A DNA stretch of 45,956 bases from an uncultured virus (IMG/VR IMGVR_UViG_3300043443_000309) (IMGVR_UViG_3300043443_000309); one strand, 5' to 3'; positions 1 to 10,328 are shown, numbered from the stretch's first letter. Numbers and translations: made by a program. Notes: generated by a model from the sequence alone, not told the origin.

Positions 1-1
1 T

Positions 2-340
2 CTAGCTGACATCTACACTGCTTTTGAAGAACAATACGACGAAGCAGTTGAAAAGGCAATAGGCAACACCAGCGACGACATGATGGGTTGTCCAATGTGC
101 AATACCAAGAAAGCTATGGAAGTTATGTCCAACTACGAAAGCCCAGCTTCAATGGATGAAGAGGGTATCATCGACACTGGTTTGCAAATGCTGCAAGACC
201 ATCACCAGCTTATGACTGATGTGTTCGATCAACTAGAAGAAGCTGGTGAATTGCCACTAGGTGTCAATGACATGCTAGCTGCTCATGCAAACGACATTGA
301 GACATTTATTTACTTGATGCAACAACGAGCCAAGAGATAG
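2..340 (+). CDS. hypothetical protein, 5'-partial
   Basis: Frame of ORF 80..340 is open back to the window start; ends at TAG followed by a T-run. Confidence 0.6.
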   Translation, partial: LADIYTAFEEQYDEAVEKAIGNTSDDMMGCPMCNTKKAMEVMSNYESPASMDEEGIIDTGLQMLQDHHQLMTDVFDQLEEAGELPLGVNDMLAAHANDIETFIYLMQQRAKR

Positions 341-358
341 TTTTTTTGCACCCGAGCC

Positions 359-387
359 TTGACGCCCTTTAGCTCTTCGGTTATACT
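359..387 (+). promoter_or_regulatory. sigma70-type early promoter
   Basis: TTGACG-N17-TATACT; -10 lies inside an inverted repeat GCTCTT/AAGAGT. Confidence 0.75.
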
Positions 388-406
388 ATAAGAGTTGGAG
401 GGCGTA

Positions 407-646
407 ATGAAGCTCAACTATCTTCTCGAAAACGATAAACAAATGGAAGATTGCCCTGCTTCTGCCACTGGTAAGCAGAAGCATAATTGGGTTGCTACAA
501 CTCACATCCAAGCAATGCGCGGCAATAACATCTGTGTCCGATTTATTTGCAAGCGTTGCAAGCGTTTGCATGATGAGTTCATGCCAACTGATAAGTACAA
601 GTTGCATGAGCGAGCTATTGAACTGAACAAATTTATGGAGTATTGA
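407..646 (+). CDS. small Cys/His protein, possible Zn-binding
   Basis: GGAGG RBS then ATG; C..H and CKRC motif. Confidence 0.6.
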   Translation: MKLNYLLENDKQMEDCPASATGKQKHNWVATTHIQAMRGNNICVRFICKRCKRLHDEFMPTDKYKLHERAIELNKFMEY

Positions 647-942
647 TGAGTAACCTAGAACCACAAAACAGAAGGCTGTACGTCCTTCCCGAAGCTTCAC
701 TTCCCGGTTTGGAAGAACAAGCCCCTTTGATCTTGCTTCCTGAAGATTTCAAGTCCTCAAAGGAAATCATGAATGAATTCACAATCGCAGAAGTGGTAAA
801 GTCTTCTTTGGACTGCACCTCTGAGTATTTCCCCGGTACTAAGGTTGTGTTTCCAACACACTTGCTTGAAACCGTTAGCATCCGTGGTCAGGACTATGCA
901 TTCATCCTTGAAAACCACATTATCGCTTCGTGGACTGAATAA
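646..942 (+). CDS. groES: divergent GroES/Cpn10-like co-chaperonin
   Basis: 98 aa; LEPQNRRLYV..LILLP..AEVV..PGTKVVF..IRGQDYAFILENHIIA follows the Cpn10 pattern (PLxDRVxV, GIxL, GDxVxF, xExDILA). Confidence 0.65.
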   Translation: MSNLEPQNRRLYVLPEASLPGLEEQAPLILLPEDFKSSKEIMNEFTIAEVVKSSLDCTSEYFPGTKVVFPTHLLETVSIRGQDYAFILENHIIASWTE

Positions 943-1160
943 TGTCTGAAATTGTAAACCATCCTTCACATTACGGTGGAGCCAACAATCAGTACGAGGC
1001 AATCAAGGTTATTGAAGCTTGGGAGCTTGGCTTCCATCTTGGAAATGTTGTCAAATACATTTCACGGGCTGGTAAGAAGCACAATAGAGTGTTAGAAGAT
1101 CTAAAGAAAGCCCGCTGGTATTTGGACCGGCAAATCGAACAGTTGGAAAAAACAAAATGA
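942..1160 (+). CDS. DUF3310-like phage protein
   Basis: VNHPSHY..EAIKVIE..GNVVKYISRAGKK..EDLKKARWYL. Confidence 0.85.
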   Translation: MSEIVNHPSHYGGANNQYEAIKVIEAWELGFHLGNVVKYISRAGKKHNRVLEDLKKARWYLDRQIEQLEKTK

Positions 1161-1576
1161 AACAAGAACTTGAAAGCAAACTTTACGAGAAATACCCTGA
1201 CATCTTCCGTCAGAAAGACCTTCCTATGTCCCAAACTTGTATGTGTTGGGGGCTTGAATGCGGAGATGGTTGGTATAACCTCATCGATTCGGCCTGCGCT
1301 CTTATTTCACATCAGATCAAATACAACAAGTGCCCACCAGTTGAATACACCCAAGTCAAAGAGAAGTTTGGCGGTCTTCGCATCTATTACACAGGCGGAA
1401 ATGACTTTGTTGATGGCGTGATCTCGACTGTCAGTTATCTGAGCCAACAGACTTGTGAAACCTGTGGCAACCCCGGTAAACAGACAAACGAAGGTTGGAT
1501 TAGAACACTTTGTGAACCATGTAATGAACAGAGAAAACTTGCCCGACCTACAAGGTTTGATAGGAGTGACCCATGA
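1157..1576 (+). CDS. conserved phage hypothetical protein
   Basis: ECGDGW, QVKEKFGGLR and CETCG motifs. Confidence 0.7.
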   Translation: MKQELESKLYEKYPDIFRQKDLPMSQTCMCWGLECGDGWYNLIDSACALISHQIKYNKCPPVEYTQVKEKFGGLRIYYTGGNDFVDGVISTVSYLSQQTCETCGNPGKQTNEGWIRTLCEPCNEQRKLARPTRFDRSDP

Positions 1577-1995
1577 AATACGAGGTAGATTTGAACGAGG
1601 TTGACCGCATGGGCAGAGAATGCTCTAAGATGGAATGCTTTGAATGGCTTCCGGGAATGCTCTACATCCATCCAGCCTATCATGACGGCTCTACTGGCTA
1701 CATGCAACGGATTGGCGATGCGGATACTGCAAGGAAGCTCAAGGGTAATTCGTTTATTTTCCCAGTCTTGACAGATCCAGCTACTCTCGGAGCCATTGAA
1801 CATGGTATACTAGCAGAGTCAGGAATGTTCATCCATCCACTCTTCGGTTTCGTAGACGACATGGTTGAATGGCCGGAAGCATTTGAACTTATCGTGCCTT
1901 ATCGGTATCGAGAAGTCAGAACCTATCCTGTGAAAGAAAACAGGATTGAAGCAATACTAGAAGGACTAAGGATTATCAATGAATACGGCGTATAA
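1573..1995 (+). CDS. hypothetical protein (EWxPGM / DPATLG family, paralog of 43476..43915)
   Basis: ATGA overlap with upstream gene; shared motifs with the 43476 locus. Confidence 0.65.
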   Translation: MKYEVDLNEVDRMGRECSKMECFEWLPGMLYIHPAYHDGSTGYMQRIGDADTARKLKGNSFIFPVLTDPATLGAIEHGILAESGMFIHPLFGFVDDMVEWPEAFELIVPYRYREVRTYPVKENRIEAILEGLRIINEYGV

Positions 1996-2701
1996 TAAAT
2001 CAATTGACCTCTACGGTGATGGTATCGGAAAAGTAGAGTATGTCCAACACATGGGCACCGACCTTACAATCGTAAATTCAGCAAGAGTTAGTTTTGGAAA
2101 GCACAAAGATGAACTGGACGAAAGAGACAAAAAGCTTATTTCTTATCTTGTTGATCATAAGCACACCTCTACTTTTGAGCATAACCTTGTTACTTTCAGG
2201 TTTGTCGTTCCTCTTTTTGTGCGCTCGCAACACCACCGACACCGCACTTGGTCTTACAACGAGATTTCAAGACGCTATACGGACGAGAACCTTGCGTTCT
2301 ATGAACCAGCAAGTTTCCGAACCCAACACAAGTCAAACCGACAAGCATCCAACGCAGAAGAACTAATCAACCCTATGGTTCCAGTTCCTTACAACAACGC
2401 CGGTTTCCAAGGCGATGCGTCAAGGGTTATTCAGGATTGGAATGAAAAAGCAGTCAAACTTTACAACGATCTTATGGAAGCAGGCGTTTGCCGAGAGCAA
2501 GCAAGAGGCATTCTACCACAGAACCTTTACACAGAGTTTTACGGAACCGTCAATCTATCGAACCTACTGAAGTTTATTGATTTGCGAACTCACGAAGGCG
2601 CACAATGGGAAATCCAAAGGGTTGCCGAAGCGTGCCTTGAAATCGCGACAGACCTATGGCCGGAAGCGGTTGGTGCTTACAGAAAAAATAGAAATGTCTA
2701 A
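1979..2701 (+). CDS. thyX: FAD-dependent thymidylate synthase ThyX
   Basis: NSARVS, HTSTFEH and RHRTWSYNEISRRY ThyX motifs, AQWEI. Confidence 0.95.
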   Translation: MNTAYNKSIDLYGDGIGKVEYVQHMGTDLTIVNSARVSFGKHKDELDERDKKLISYLVDHKHTSTFEHNLVTFRFVVPLFVRSQHHRHRTWSYNEISRRYTDENLAFYEPASFRTQHKSNRQASNAEELINPMVPVPYNNAGFQGDASRVIQDWNEKAVKLYNDLMEAGVCREQARGILPQNLYTEFYGTVNLSNLLKFIDLRTHEGAQWEIQRVAEACLEIATDLWPEAVGAYRKNRNV

Positions 2702-2858
2702 TCGCGAAAATCAACAAGGTTGGTTTCAATGTACCCAATGCGGACACGGGCATTGGGTACAACGATGGGAAGTAGAAATCGGTGATTATGTCGAAAGAAC
2801 TGGTTGCCCCGAATGTGGAATCGGGATAATGAAAGTGGAGTGGGAAGAAAACAAATGA
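2694..2858 (+). CDS. small Zn-ribbon protein
   Basis: CTQC..CPEC. Confidence 0.55.
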   Translation: MSNRENQQGWFQCTQCGHGHWVQRWEVEIGDYVERTGCPECGIGIMKVEWEENK

Positions 2859-3106
2859 AACCGCATCCAACAAGAATCTGCGATACTTATTTGGAAACAA
2901 AAGATCGTTGCTCTGAATGTATGACTCCTGACGAAGAAATCGATTTTTGGAGAGAGTGCTACAACGGAAAGCACGACGATCCAAGTGATTGTCCTACTTG
3001 GTATGACTGGTGTAATTGTGGCGGAACAATGTTCGAAACAATAGAATACCTAGAAGGCGAAAGAGATTCTTTGAAGCGCGAACTAAAAGAAATAAAGGGA
3101 ATGTAA
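2855..3106 (+). CDS. Cys-rich hypothetical protein
   Basis: ATGA overlap, tightly packed operon. Confidence 0.55.
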   Translation: MKPHPTRICDTYLETKDRCSECMTPDEEIDFWRECYNGKHDDPSDCPTWYDWCNCGGTMFETIEYLEGERDSLKRELKEIKGM

Positions 3107-3382
3107 ATGCTCTGGAAATACGGAATGATTAAGGTTGGCGTAGATCATTATGGAGCCGAAGGAAATGAAGACATTTGCGAACTTGCAGAACTCTTTTACA
3201 AGGAAACCGAAGTAGGAATTCGTTATGAATCATTTGGTCGTCCTTATCTTTCTTCTATCGAAGATCTGCGAAATGCTACGAGAGATGTAGAAAGAGACGG
3301 CATTATTACTTGGTTCTGGGATAATGGAACATTCAGTTGGAATAGCACAGAGTATTTCTGGGATTGGAGTAGAAATGACTAG
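3107..3382 (+). CDS. hypothetical protein
   Basis: Abuts upstream stop. Confidence 0.6.
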   Translation: MLWKYGMIKVGVDHYGAEGNEDICELAELFYKETEVGIRYESFGRPYLSSIEDLRNATRDVERDGIITWFWDNGTFSWNSTEYFWDWSRND

Positions 3383-3462
3383 GGACGATTGGCACTTTTA
3401 TCTTTTTACTATCATTTCTTTGATAGTTTCGCTATTTTGTTTTTACACGGGGTTTATAAATA

Positions 3463-3645
3463 ATGTCTAATAAATACACAATTGAAATGACTTACGAGCA
3501 ACTGCTTGAGTTTCAATCTTATCTAATGTGGAGCACGACTTCCTACAAAGATAAAACTATGCTTGAGTTAGTTATGAAAATGGTCAGAGAGATCCAAGCA
3601 GAAAAAGACAATGAAAGACAGCAAGAGTTAGAGAAGGGATGGTAA
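3463..3645 (+). CDS. hypothetical protein
   Basis: ORF in packed operon. Confidence 0.55.
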   Translation: MSNKYTIEMTYEQLLEFQSYLMWSTTSYKDKTMLELVMKMVREIQAEKDNERQQELEKGW

Positions 3646-3897
3646 ATGATTACAATTTATGCTGCTAGCTACTGTTCTTGGTGTAAGAAAGCTGCTGAAT
3701 TACTGATGACAGAAGGAATTACGTTTCTCTGTGTAGACATTACTAACGACGCAGCAGCTTGGCAATCACTAGCAAATCTTTCTGGTTGCAACACCGTACC
3801 TCAAATTTGGATTGACGGTAGGTTCATTGGTGGGTATGGAGAGCTTGAAGCTCATAGAGAACAGGGTACTTTGCGACAAGTACTAGGGTATCAATAA
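3646..3897 (+). CDS. glutaredoxin
   Basis: CSWC, TVPQIWI, FIGG. Confidence 0.9.
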   Translation: MITIYAASYCSWCKKAAELLMTEGITFLCVDITNDAAAWQSLANLSGCNTVPQIWIDGRFIGGYGELEAHREQGTLRQVLGYQ

Positions 3898-3908
3898 GAG
3901 AGTGATAA

Positions 3909-4163
3909 ATGATTAGAGTTTTTACAGCAAGCTACTGCCCTTGGTGCAAAAAGGCAGTTGATTTGTTGGTTTCACGCGGCGTTTCTTTCTCCGTCGTTGA
4001 TGTAACCAATGATGAACAAACGAGATTTTCTATTACAACTTTATCCGGTTGCAGAACAGTCCCCCAAATCTGGGTTGACGATAAGTTCATCGGCGGATTT
4101 AGTGACATAGATAGGTTAGATAGAGAAGGAACACTCAGCAAAATACTAGGAGTTGAAGAGTGA
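3909..4163 (+). CDS. glutaredoxin (tandem paralog)
   Basis: CPWC, TVPQIWV, FIGGFSD. Confidence 0.9.
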   Translation: MIRVFTASYCPWCKKAVDLLVSRGVSFSVVDVTNDEQTRFSITTLSGCRTVPQIWVDDKFIGGFSDIDRLDREGTLSKILGVEE

Positions 4164-4315
4164 CAGCAGGACGACGTAACGGTAAAGATTACCAACCAAG
4201 AAAGAAGAAGACTTCGATTGGCAATGGAAAGCATTCGAAGTTCAAGAAGATGGGTTCTAACGGATCTGTTCCGAAGGGATACCGTAAGCGTTATCGCGGG
4301 CAAGGTAAGGGATGA
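4160..4315 (+). CDS. small basic protein (51 aa, not in the ORF track)
   Basis: GTGA overlap start; MTAGRRNGKDYQPRKKKTSIG..KRYRGQGKG; ATGA overlap with next gene. Confidence 0.65.
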   Translation: MTAGRRNGKDYQPRKKKTSIGNGKHSKFKKMGSNGSVPKGYRKRYRGQGKG

Positions 4316-5160
4316 GATTAGAGAGGCATCTGTATAATCATAAAGATTTGGTTGTGGGCGGGTGTCTCTCTAGCCTTTTGTTCTCTTACTACAACAAGCT
4401 ACCATTACTGTTTACAGAACCAAACCCACCTTTCCTTTTTGATGAGGTGGTAATCAAAAACCCGTCACATTTCGGGTTTCAAAACAGAGTAAAGATACCA
4501 CAGATTTATTTGTGGGAAAAGCTCATGTTCTATCAGTCACTACAAGGAATGGTCTTCGGTTCGGATCTGATACGGTCCATAAGGATCGAAGACCAAAACC
4601 TTTTGAAGCTAACAACCGAATTTTCTAAGATGGTAAAGACAACCTTCGAAAAGCTTTATGTTTTTGACCAAGAGCAGATTTCAGGGTTGATTAGCAGTCC
4701 AATACTAGACAATGTAAAACATACAGTCATAGATTGGTATAACGTGCGTCATGGCTCCAAACATGATAAGATTTATCTGAGCTATGATGATGATCACATA
4801 AAGGAAGTATGGTTTTATAAATCTAAGCGTTCATCCTATCAAGATCGTAAAGACTGTGTAACTCGGTCATTCCTGACGAGGGAAGAAATCTTGTCTGATG
4901 AATACTCAGAAACCATTTCCAGAATAAAGCTTCGAAGACTAATGAAAGAAGTCATAGAAGCAAAGTCAATTGAGCTTGAACATGCTGGTAGAGAGATAAA
5001 ATACCAGTACTCCTTACAAGACACAGAGGATACTAACGTTGTCTACAAGCTCGATAAACCACAGCAAATACTTGATAGTTATCAAGAACTCATACTAGAA
5101 CCAAAGAAGTACTATGTCGAACTCTTTTCATCTGGCCGGGATAGTGCCAGCAGCTTCTAG
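4312..5160 (+). CDS. hypothetical protein, possible degenerate Rossmann N-terminus
   Basis: 282 aa; DLVVGG near N-terminus. Confidence 0.6.
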   Translation: MRLERHLYNHKDLVVGGCLSSLLFSYYNKLPLLFTEPNPPFLFDEVVIKNPSHFGFQNRVKIPQIYLWEKLMFYQSLQGMVFGSDLIRSIRIEDQNLLKLTTEFSKMVKTTFEKLYVFDQEQISGLISSPILDNVKHTVIDWYNVRHGSKHDKIYLSYDDDHIKEVWFYKSKRSSYQDRKDCVTRSFLTREEILSDEYSETISRIKLRRLMKEVIEAKSIELEHAGREIKYQYSLQDTEDTNVVYKLDKPQQILDSYQELILEPKKYYVELFSSGRDSASSF

Positions 5161-6025
5161 ACCTACTGGAGTAAATCTACCATGGTCTGATAATCTTGTG
5201 CCGGTAGCTCCCAACTACTTTGCTATTGAATACGCTGTTCATCAAGCAGCATGGGCCGGTTGCGAGACAATCTGGGTTGTTTGTGAACAATCTGCCACGC
5301 CTCTTATACGACGTAGAATGGGCGATTTTACTTACGATCCAACATCTATTGGTAGCAAGAAGCTTTCTCGACAGCCAGACCAATGGCGAAAGCTAATACC
5401 AATTTATTATGTACCTATTCGTGTACAAGACGCACACAAAGACCAGTGTTTACCTTGGTCTATTATCGAAGGTGCCATGGTCGCTAACAGGATTTGCGGC
5501 CAGATAAGCAAGTGGACAAAGCCACAAAGGTTCTTTGTCAGCTTTCCTTTTGGCATTTATCCACACCAAGCAGTAAGACCGTTTAGAACTGTCCTGTCAA
5601 ATCCAACAAAGCCTAACCTATTCTTTACACACAATGGCATGTCGGTAAAAACAGAGAACCAATTACCATTTAGCTTTGGGCAAGCAGAGTTGGATACTTT
5701 CTTGGATAATTTCAAGATGTTCGAAAACTCGATGATTTCGGGACAGATGTTAGAAGAATGCAAAGCGGTCTTCACAGACGACACCGACCTTGCTATACTG
5801 TATGACGGAAATGAGCTACCACTAGACAACACTTTAGAGGTAGATTGGTTTCATCAAATCGATACTTGGCAAGGTTACAAGACCTTTCTAGGAAGTTCGG
5901 TTTCTGACCAGATAAGATTCCCCGGTAGAATCTTCATTTCTTATCATGAATGGAACCCAATCGCGGAGGATTTGGAAGATGCCACGGAAGAAGACGACAA
6001 CGACGCAGACGACAGTAGAGAGTGA
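5114..6025 (+). CDS. NTP-transferase/GT-A-like protein (divergent)
   Basis: AGIVPAA..LVPV..AIEYAV..AGCETIWVV resembles sugar-nucleotidyltransferase N-termini. Confidence 0.55.
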   Translation: MSNSFHLAGIVPAASRPTGVNLPWSDNLVPVAPNYFAIEYAVHQAAWAGCETIWVVCEQSATPLIRRRMGDFTYDPTSIGSKKLSRQPDQWRKLIPIYYVPIRVQDAHKDQCLPWSIIEGAMVANRICGQISKWTKPQRFFVSFPFGIYPHQAVRPFRTVLSNPTKPNLFFTHNGMSVKTENQLPFSFGQAELDTFLDNFKMFENSMISGQMLEECKAVFTDDTDLAILYDGNELPLDNTLEVDWFHQIDTWQGYKTFLGSSVSDQIRFPGRIFISYHEWNPIAEDLEDATEEDDNDADDSRE

Positions 6026-6347
6026 AGCTCCTAAGAGCCGTACTCGCAAACCCAAGAACCAAGCAACTGATAAGCCAGCAAAGGCAGAAAGGGGTGCAGT
6101 GAAATACACCCTTATTATTCCTGCTGGTAAATGCCCTATCAAGCTCACAAGCACAACTCGTAAGGTTGTCCAGCAATGGTGTAAAGAAATGATCAACCAC
6201 TTGACCGGTCTGAACATTTATACTAAGATTGAGAAGTCGGCATACAAGTATTATGCACGCGAGTTCTATCATACATACACCGATGAATACAAGAAGGTTT
6301 GCCGTTACATTGACGAGGTAATCCCTGACGGAGATGTAAATGTCTGA
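5979..6347 (+). CDS. basic hypothetical protein
   Basis: GGAGG upstream of MPRKK start. Confidence 0.6.
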   Translation: MPRKKTTTTQTTVESEAPKSRTRKPKNQATDKPAKAERGAVKYTLIIPAGKCPIKLTSTTRKVVQQWCKEMINHLTGLNIYTKIEKSAYKYYAREFYHTYTDEYKKVCRYIDEVIPDGDVNV

Positions 6348-6416
6348 CATTGAACCAGCCTGACTAATACTTTCAACAACCAACAAACACTTACAAACAA
6401 AACAGGAAAATTACAA

Positions 6417-9400
6417 ATGAATCAACGTACCAATAGCACTATTCCTTTCGTCGGTCTGCACGCTCACAGCGTTGCAGGCTCAATCTTTGACGGCCTTGGA
6501 TTTCCCCAAGACCACATGGATTTTGCCTACGAAAATGGAATGAATGCCCTAGCACTAACCGACCACGGAAACATGAATGGATTTTCGTGGCAAGTTCTGC
6601 ACGCTAGGAAGATGAATGAAGGCGGTAAAGACTTCAAGCCAATCTTTGGCTGCGAAGCCTACTTTATTCCTTCCATTACAGAATGGCGCAAGGAGTACGA
6701 CAAGGCTCTAGAAGACAAGAAGGAAGCAGCAAAGGTCTCGGAAGATGAGACTTCCGGCACTACTATCGAGAACGAGACTGAGACTAAGAAGGCTTCTAAC
6801 AGCATTCTTTCTCGTCGTCGTCACTTGGTTCTCCTTGCTCAGAACCAAACCGGTCTCAACAATTTGTTCAAGCTTGTCTCCGATTCGTATCGCGAGGAGA
6901 ACTACTACCGCTATCCACGCATCGATTACGACATGCTCAGGAAGCACTCAGAGGGCATTATTGCGTCGTCCGCGTGCCTTGGTGGTGTCTACGCTGGCTG
7001 CTATTGGGAGAACCGCGAGAAAGGCTCTCAGGCGGTTCTAGACGCTATGCGTGAAGTGACCCGTAACATGGTCTCTATTTTTGGTGACCGCTGGTACGGT
7101 GAGTTGCAATGGAATAACATCCCTGAGCAGCATGAGCTAAACAACTACGTCATCAAGATGAAAGAAGAGTTTGGCATCAACCTCATTTCAACCGCTGATT
7201 CACACTATCCTAATCCGAACGCTTGGAAGGACCGTGAGCTTTACAAACGTCTTGGCTGGCTTGGTTCCGGTCGTCCCGATTGGGCTAACGAAAGTGAGCT
7301 TCCATCCGGCGTTGAAGAAATCGGATACGAGCTATACCCCAAGAATGGCGATCAAATGTGGCAAGCATACAAGAGCTATTCTTCTGCTCTTGGTGTCGAG
7401 TACGATGATGAATTGGTTATGAACTCCATCACCGAGACCCACAACATTGCTTATAACCGCATTGAACGCTTCGAACCAGACACTACCGTTCGACTTCCAA
7501 ACTTCGTCGTTCCAGCCGGTGAAACCGACGATTCGGCCTTGGAGAAGTTTGCAATGGAAGGGCTTCGTAAGAAGAACCTGCATACTAACAATCAATACGT
7601 TGATCGACTTCGCTACGAGCTATCTGTTATTGCAGATCGTGGGTTCTCCAAGTACTTCCTTACAATGAACCAGATTGCCTCTATCTCTAACGAACACATG
7701 CTTACCGGTCCCGGTCGTGGTTCTGCTGCCGGTTCGTTGGTCGCTTATGCACTGGAGATCACACAGATTGATCCAATCAAGTACGATCTTCTGTTCTCTC
7801 GCTTCCTTCGTGCAGATGCCACCGACTACCCTGACATTGACTTTGACGTTGCAGACCCAATGGTTATCAAGGATGTTCTTATCAATAAGTGGGGAGACAA
7901 CACGGTAGTTCCGATTTCGAACTGGAATACTTTGCAACTCAAGTCGCTTATCAAGGACATTTCTAAGCTTTATGCAATCCCGTTCACGGAAGTCAATAAG
8001 GTTACCGGTCGCATGATGGCAGAAGCAACACCATTGGCAAAGCAAAAGCATGGTATGAAGGCTGGCGTTTATACTCCTACCTTTGAAGAGGTAAAGGAAT
8101 TTTCTCCAACACTACAGGCTTTCTTGCGTACTTATCCCGAAGTTGCAAATCACATTGATGCTTTGTACGGACAGGTACGGTCCTGTTCTCGTCACGCTGG
8201 CGGCGTTGTTGTCGCTGAAGACCTTGATAAGTACATGCCTTTGATTTCGTCTAAGAACGTCCGTCAAACGCCGTGGTCAGAGGGTCAGAACGTTCGTCAC
8301 TTGGAACCACTAGGTTTCATCAAGTTCGACATTCTTGGACTTTCTACTCTTCGAATGATTGAGGGTGCTATTCGACACATTTTGAAGCGTCATCACGGGG
8401 TTGAGAACCCAACATACGAAGACATTCGTAAGTACTATGATGAGAAGCTGCATCCTGATGTTTTGGACCTAAATGATAAGAAGGTATACAAGAACGTATT
8501 CCATAATGGTAAGTGGGCCGGTGTATTCCAGTTTACAGAGAATGGCGTGCAAAAGCTATGCAAGCAAGCTAAGCCCAACAACATTATCGACCTTTCTGCT
8601 ATCACTTCGATCTATCGTCCCGGTCCTTTGTCCGCTGGCGTTGATAAGGGTTACATTGAAGCCAAGGAAGCACCTCTTCTAATTGATTACTACAACCCGG
8701 AATACAAGAATGTCACTTCCGAGACTTACGGGTTCCTTATCTTCCAAGAGCAGATTGCCTTGCTGGCTCACAAGCTTGGTAAGAACATCACTCTTGATGA
8801 AGGCAACTCGCTGCGTAAGGTTCTAACCAAGAAGGGTACAGGCAAGACTGATAAGGTATTGCAATCTTTGTACGACCGCTTTATCGAGGGCTGCGTTGAG
8901 AAGGGAATGACAAGCAAGGCCGCAAATGATTTGTGGGAGAAGTTCAAGTTCTTCTCGGGATACGGCTTCAATAAGTCTCACGCTGTCTGCTATTCCATCA
9001 TTTCTTACCAGTGTGCATGGCTTCTAACCTACTACCAAGCCGAATGGTTGGCCGCATTCCTTGACAAAGAGCCAGAAACCAAGAAGGAGAAGGCTATTTC
9101 GATTGCTAAGTCGTTTGGATACGGTATTGAACCCCTAAACATCAACACTTCAGGTGTTTATTGGGAGATTTCTGATGATGGTAGCAGTTTGATCCAGCCT
9201 TTGACCTCAATCAAGGGTCTTGGTGAGGCAGCTATCGATGAAATCTTCAAGGGTCGTCCATTCCGAACGGTAGAAGACTTCTTGTTCAACGAAAAGATGC
9301 GTTACTCAAAGCTAAACAAGAAGACACTTGATGTTCTGGTTCGTTCTGGAACAATGAACAGCCTAATCGACAAGCGTTTTACTGGTAAGAAGCATTTCTG

Positions 9401-9866
9401 GTCAGCGATTGCTGTAGATAGACCCCGTAAACCCAAGAACCTTGATGAGAACATCACAGTATACGCACCAGAAGGCGACTTTACAGCAGAAGAAGAAATC
9501 CAATTCCTAACAGAGTTGACAGGCGAGTTCCCGATCTCCAAGGTTGTTCCGGCAAAGACGCTTGAAATGTTGGAAGAGAAGATGATCCCACCGATTTCGG
9601 AGTTTGAGCCTGATCTACAGCTAACTTGGTGTATTCCACGCAAGGTTATCCCCAAGCGCACAGCAAATGGCAAAGAATACTTCCAAGTTGAAGTAGTTGA
9701 TTCGAACTCTGCTATCATGACAATTCGATGCTGGGGCATCAGTATCGACATGGGTGATCGTTTGGAAGTAAACAAGCCTTACCTTGTCAAGCCGGATTAC
9801 AATGATGAATGGGGTTTCTCAACAAGAGGTCGTATTGCTAAGTATTGGAAGTGTCTAGCTTCATAG
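6417..9866 (+). CDS. dnaE: DNA polymerase III alpha subunit (family C)
   Basis: PHP motifs HAHS and TDHG; GRGSAAGSLV, PDIDFD, KFDILGL, GYGFNKSHA, IKGLG. Confidence 0.97.
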   Translation: MNQRTNSTIPFVGLHAHSVAGSIFDGLGFPQDHMDFAYENGMNALALTDHGNMNGFSWQVLHARKMNEGGKDFKPIFGCEAYFIPSITEWRKEYDKALEDKKEAAKVSEDETSGTTIENETETKKASNSILSRRRHLVLLAQNQTGLNNLFKLVSDSYREENYYRYPRIDYDMLRKHSEGIIASSACLGGVYAGCYWENREKGSQAVLDAMREVTRNMVSIFGDRWYGELQWNNIPEQHELNNYVIKMKEEFGINLISTADSHYPNPNAWKDRELYKRLGWLGSGRPDWANESELPSGVEEIGYELYPKNGDQMWQAYKSYSSALGVEYDDELVMNSITETHNIAYNRIERFEPDTTVRLPNFVVPAGETDDSALEKFAMEGLRKKNLHTNNQYVDRLRYELSVIADRGFSKYFLTMNQIASISNEHMLTGPGRGSAAGSLVAYALEITQIDPIKYDLLFSRFLRADATDYPDIDFDVADPMVIKDVLINKWGDNTVVPISNWNTLQLKSLIKDISKLYAIPFTEVNKVTGRMMAEATPLAKQKHGMKAGVYTPTFEEVKEFSPTLQAFLRTYPEVANHIDALYGQVRSCSRHAGGVVVAEDLDKYMPLISSKNVRQTPWSEGQNVRHLEPLGFIKFDILGLSTLRMIEGAIRHILKRHHGVENPTYEDIRKYYDEKLHPDVLDLNDKKVYKNVFHNGKWAGVFQFTENGVQKLCKQAKPNNIIDLSAITSIYRPGPLSAGVDKGYIEAKEAPLLIDYYNPEYKNVTSETYGFLIFQEQIALLAHKLGKNITLDEGNSLRKVLTKKGTGKTDKVLQSLYDRFIEGCVEKGMTSKAANDLWEKFKFFSGYGFNKSHAVCYSIISYQCAWLLTYYQAEWLAAFLDKEPETKKEKAISIAKSFGYGIEPLNINTSGVYWEISDDGSSLIQPLTSIKGLGEAAIDEIFKGRPFRTVEDFLFNEKMRYSKLNKKTLDVLVRSGTMNSLIDKRFTGKKHFWSAIAVDRPRKPKNLDENITVYAPEGDFTAEEEIQFLTELTGEFPISKVVPAKTLEMLEEKMIPPISEFEPDLQLTWCIPRKVIPKRTANGKEYFQVEVVDSNSAIMTIRCWGISIDMGDRLEVNKPYLVKPDYNDEWGFSTRGRIAKYWKCLAS

Positions 9867-9914
9867 TCTAATTATTGTATGATAAAGAACAGACTACTTA
9901 TAGAGAGGTATAAA

Positions 9915-10328
9915 ATGATCAAAATCACTATGGGTAGTCTGTTCCCTTGCCCAAAAGCAACACAAGACTTGAAGCTAAACACCGATAATCGCGATGCTAC
10001 AATTGAAGAGTATCACTATGGTCCTCTGAACCCTGCCGAGCCTAACGAGGAATACTGGCAGGAAGTAGCTGATAAATGGAATACTACACCTGAGAAAGCA
10101 AAGAAGTCACTTTGTGGTAACTGTGTAGCATTCGACATTTCTCCAAGAATGAAGAAATGTATGCCCGTATCAGACGAAGACATAAAAGGACCGGGAGAAT
10201 TTGGCTATTGCTGGATGCACCACTTCAAATGTCATTCTAAACGTACCTGCTCCACCTTCGCTGTCGGCGGTCCAATCACTGATAACGAAGCTTCATTCAA
10301 GTGGCATAAGAAGAATAAGGACGCTTGA
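9915..10328 (+). CDS. Cys/His-rich hypothetical protein, putative late gene
   Basis: YGPLNP, CGNC, GYC..HFKC; preceded by ACTACTTA and GAGG. Confidence 0.65.
   Translation: MIKITMGSLFPCPKATQDLKLNTDNRDATIEEYHYGPLNPAEPNEEYWQEVADKWNTTPEKAKKSLCGNCVAFDISPRMKKCMPVSDEDIKGPGEFGYCWMHHFKCHSKRTCSTFAVGGPITDNEASFKWHKKNKDA

Noticed and set aside
6417..9866. Intein or intron in dnaE
   Set aside because: Continuous ORF of normal length with no splicing or LAGLIDADG motifs seen
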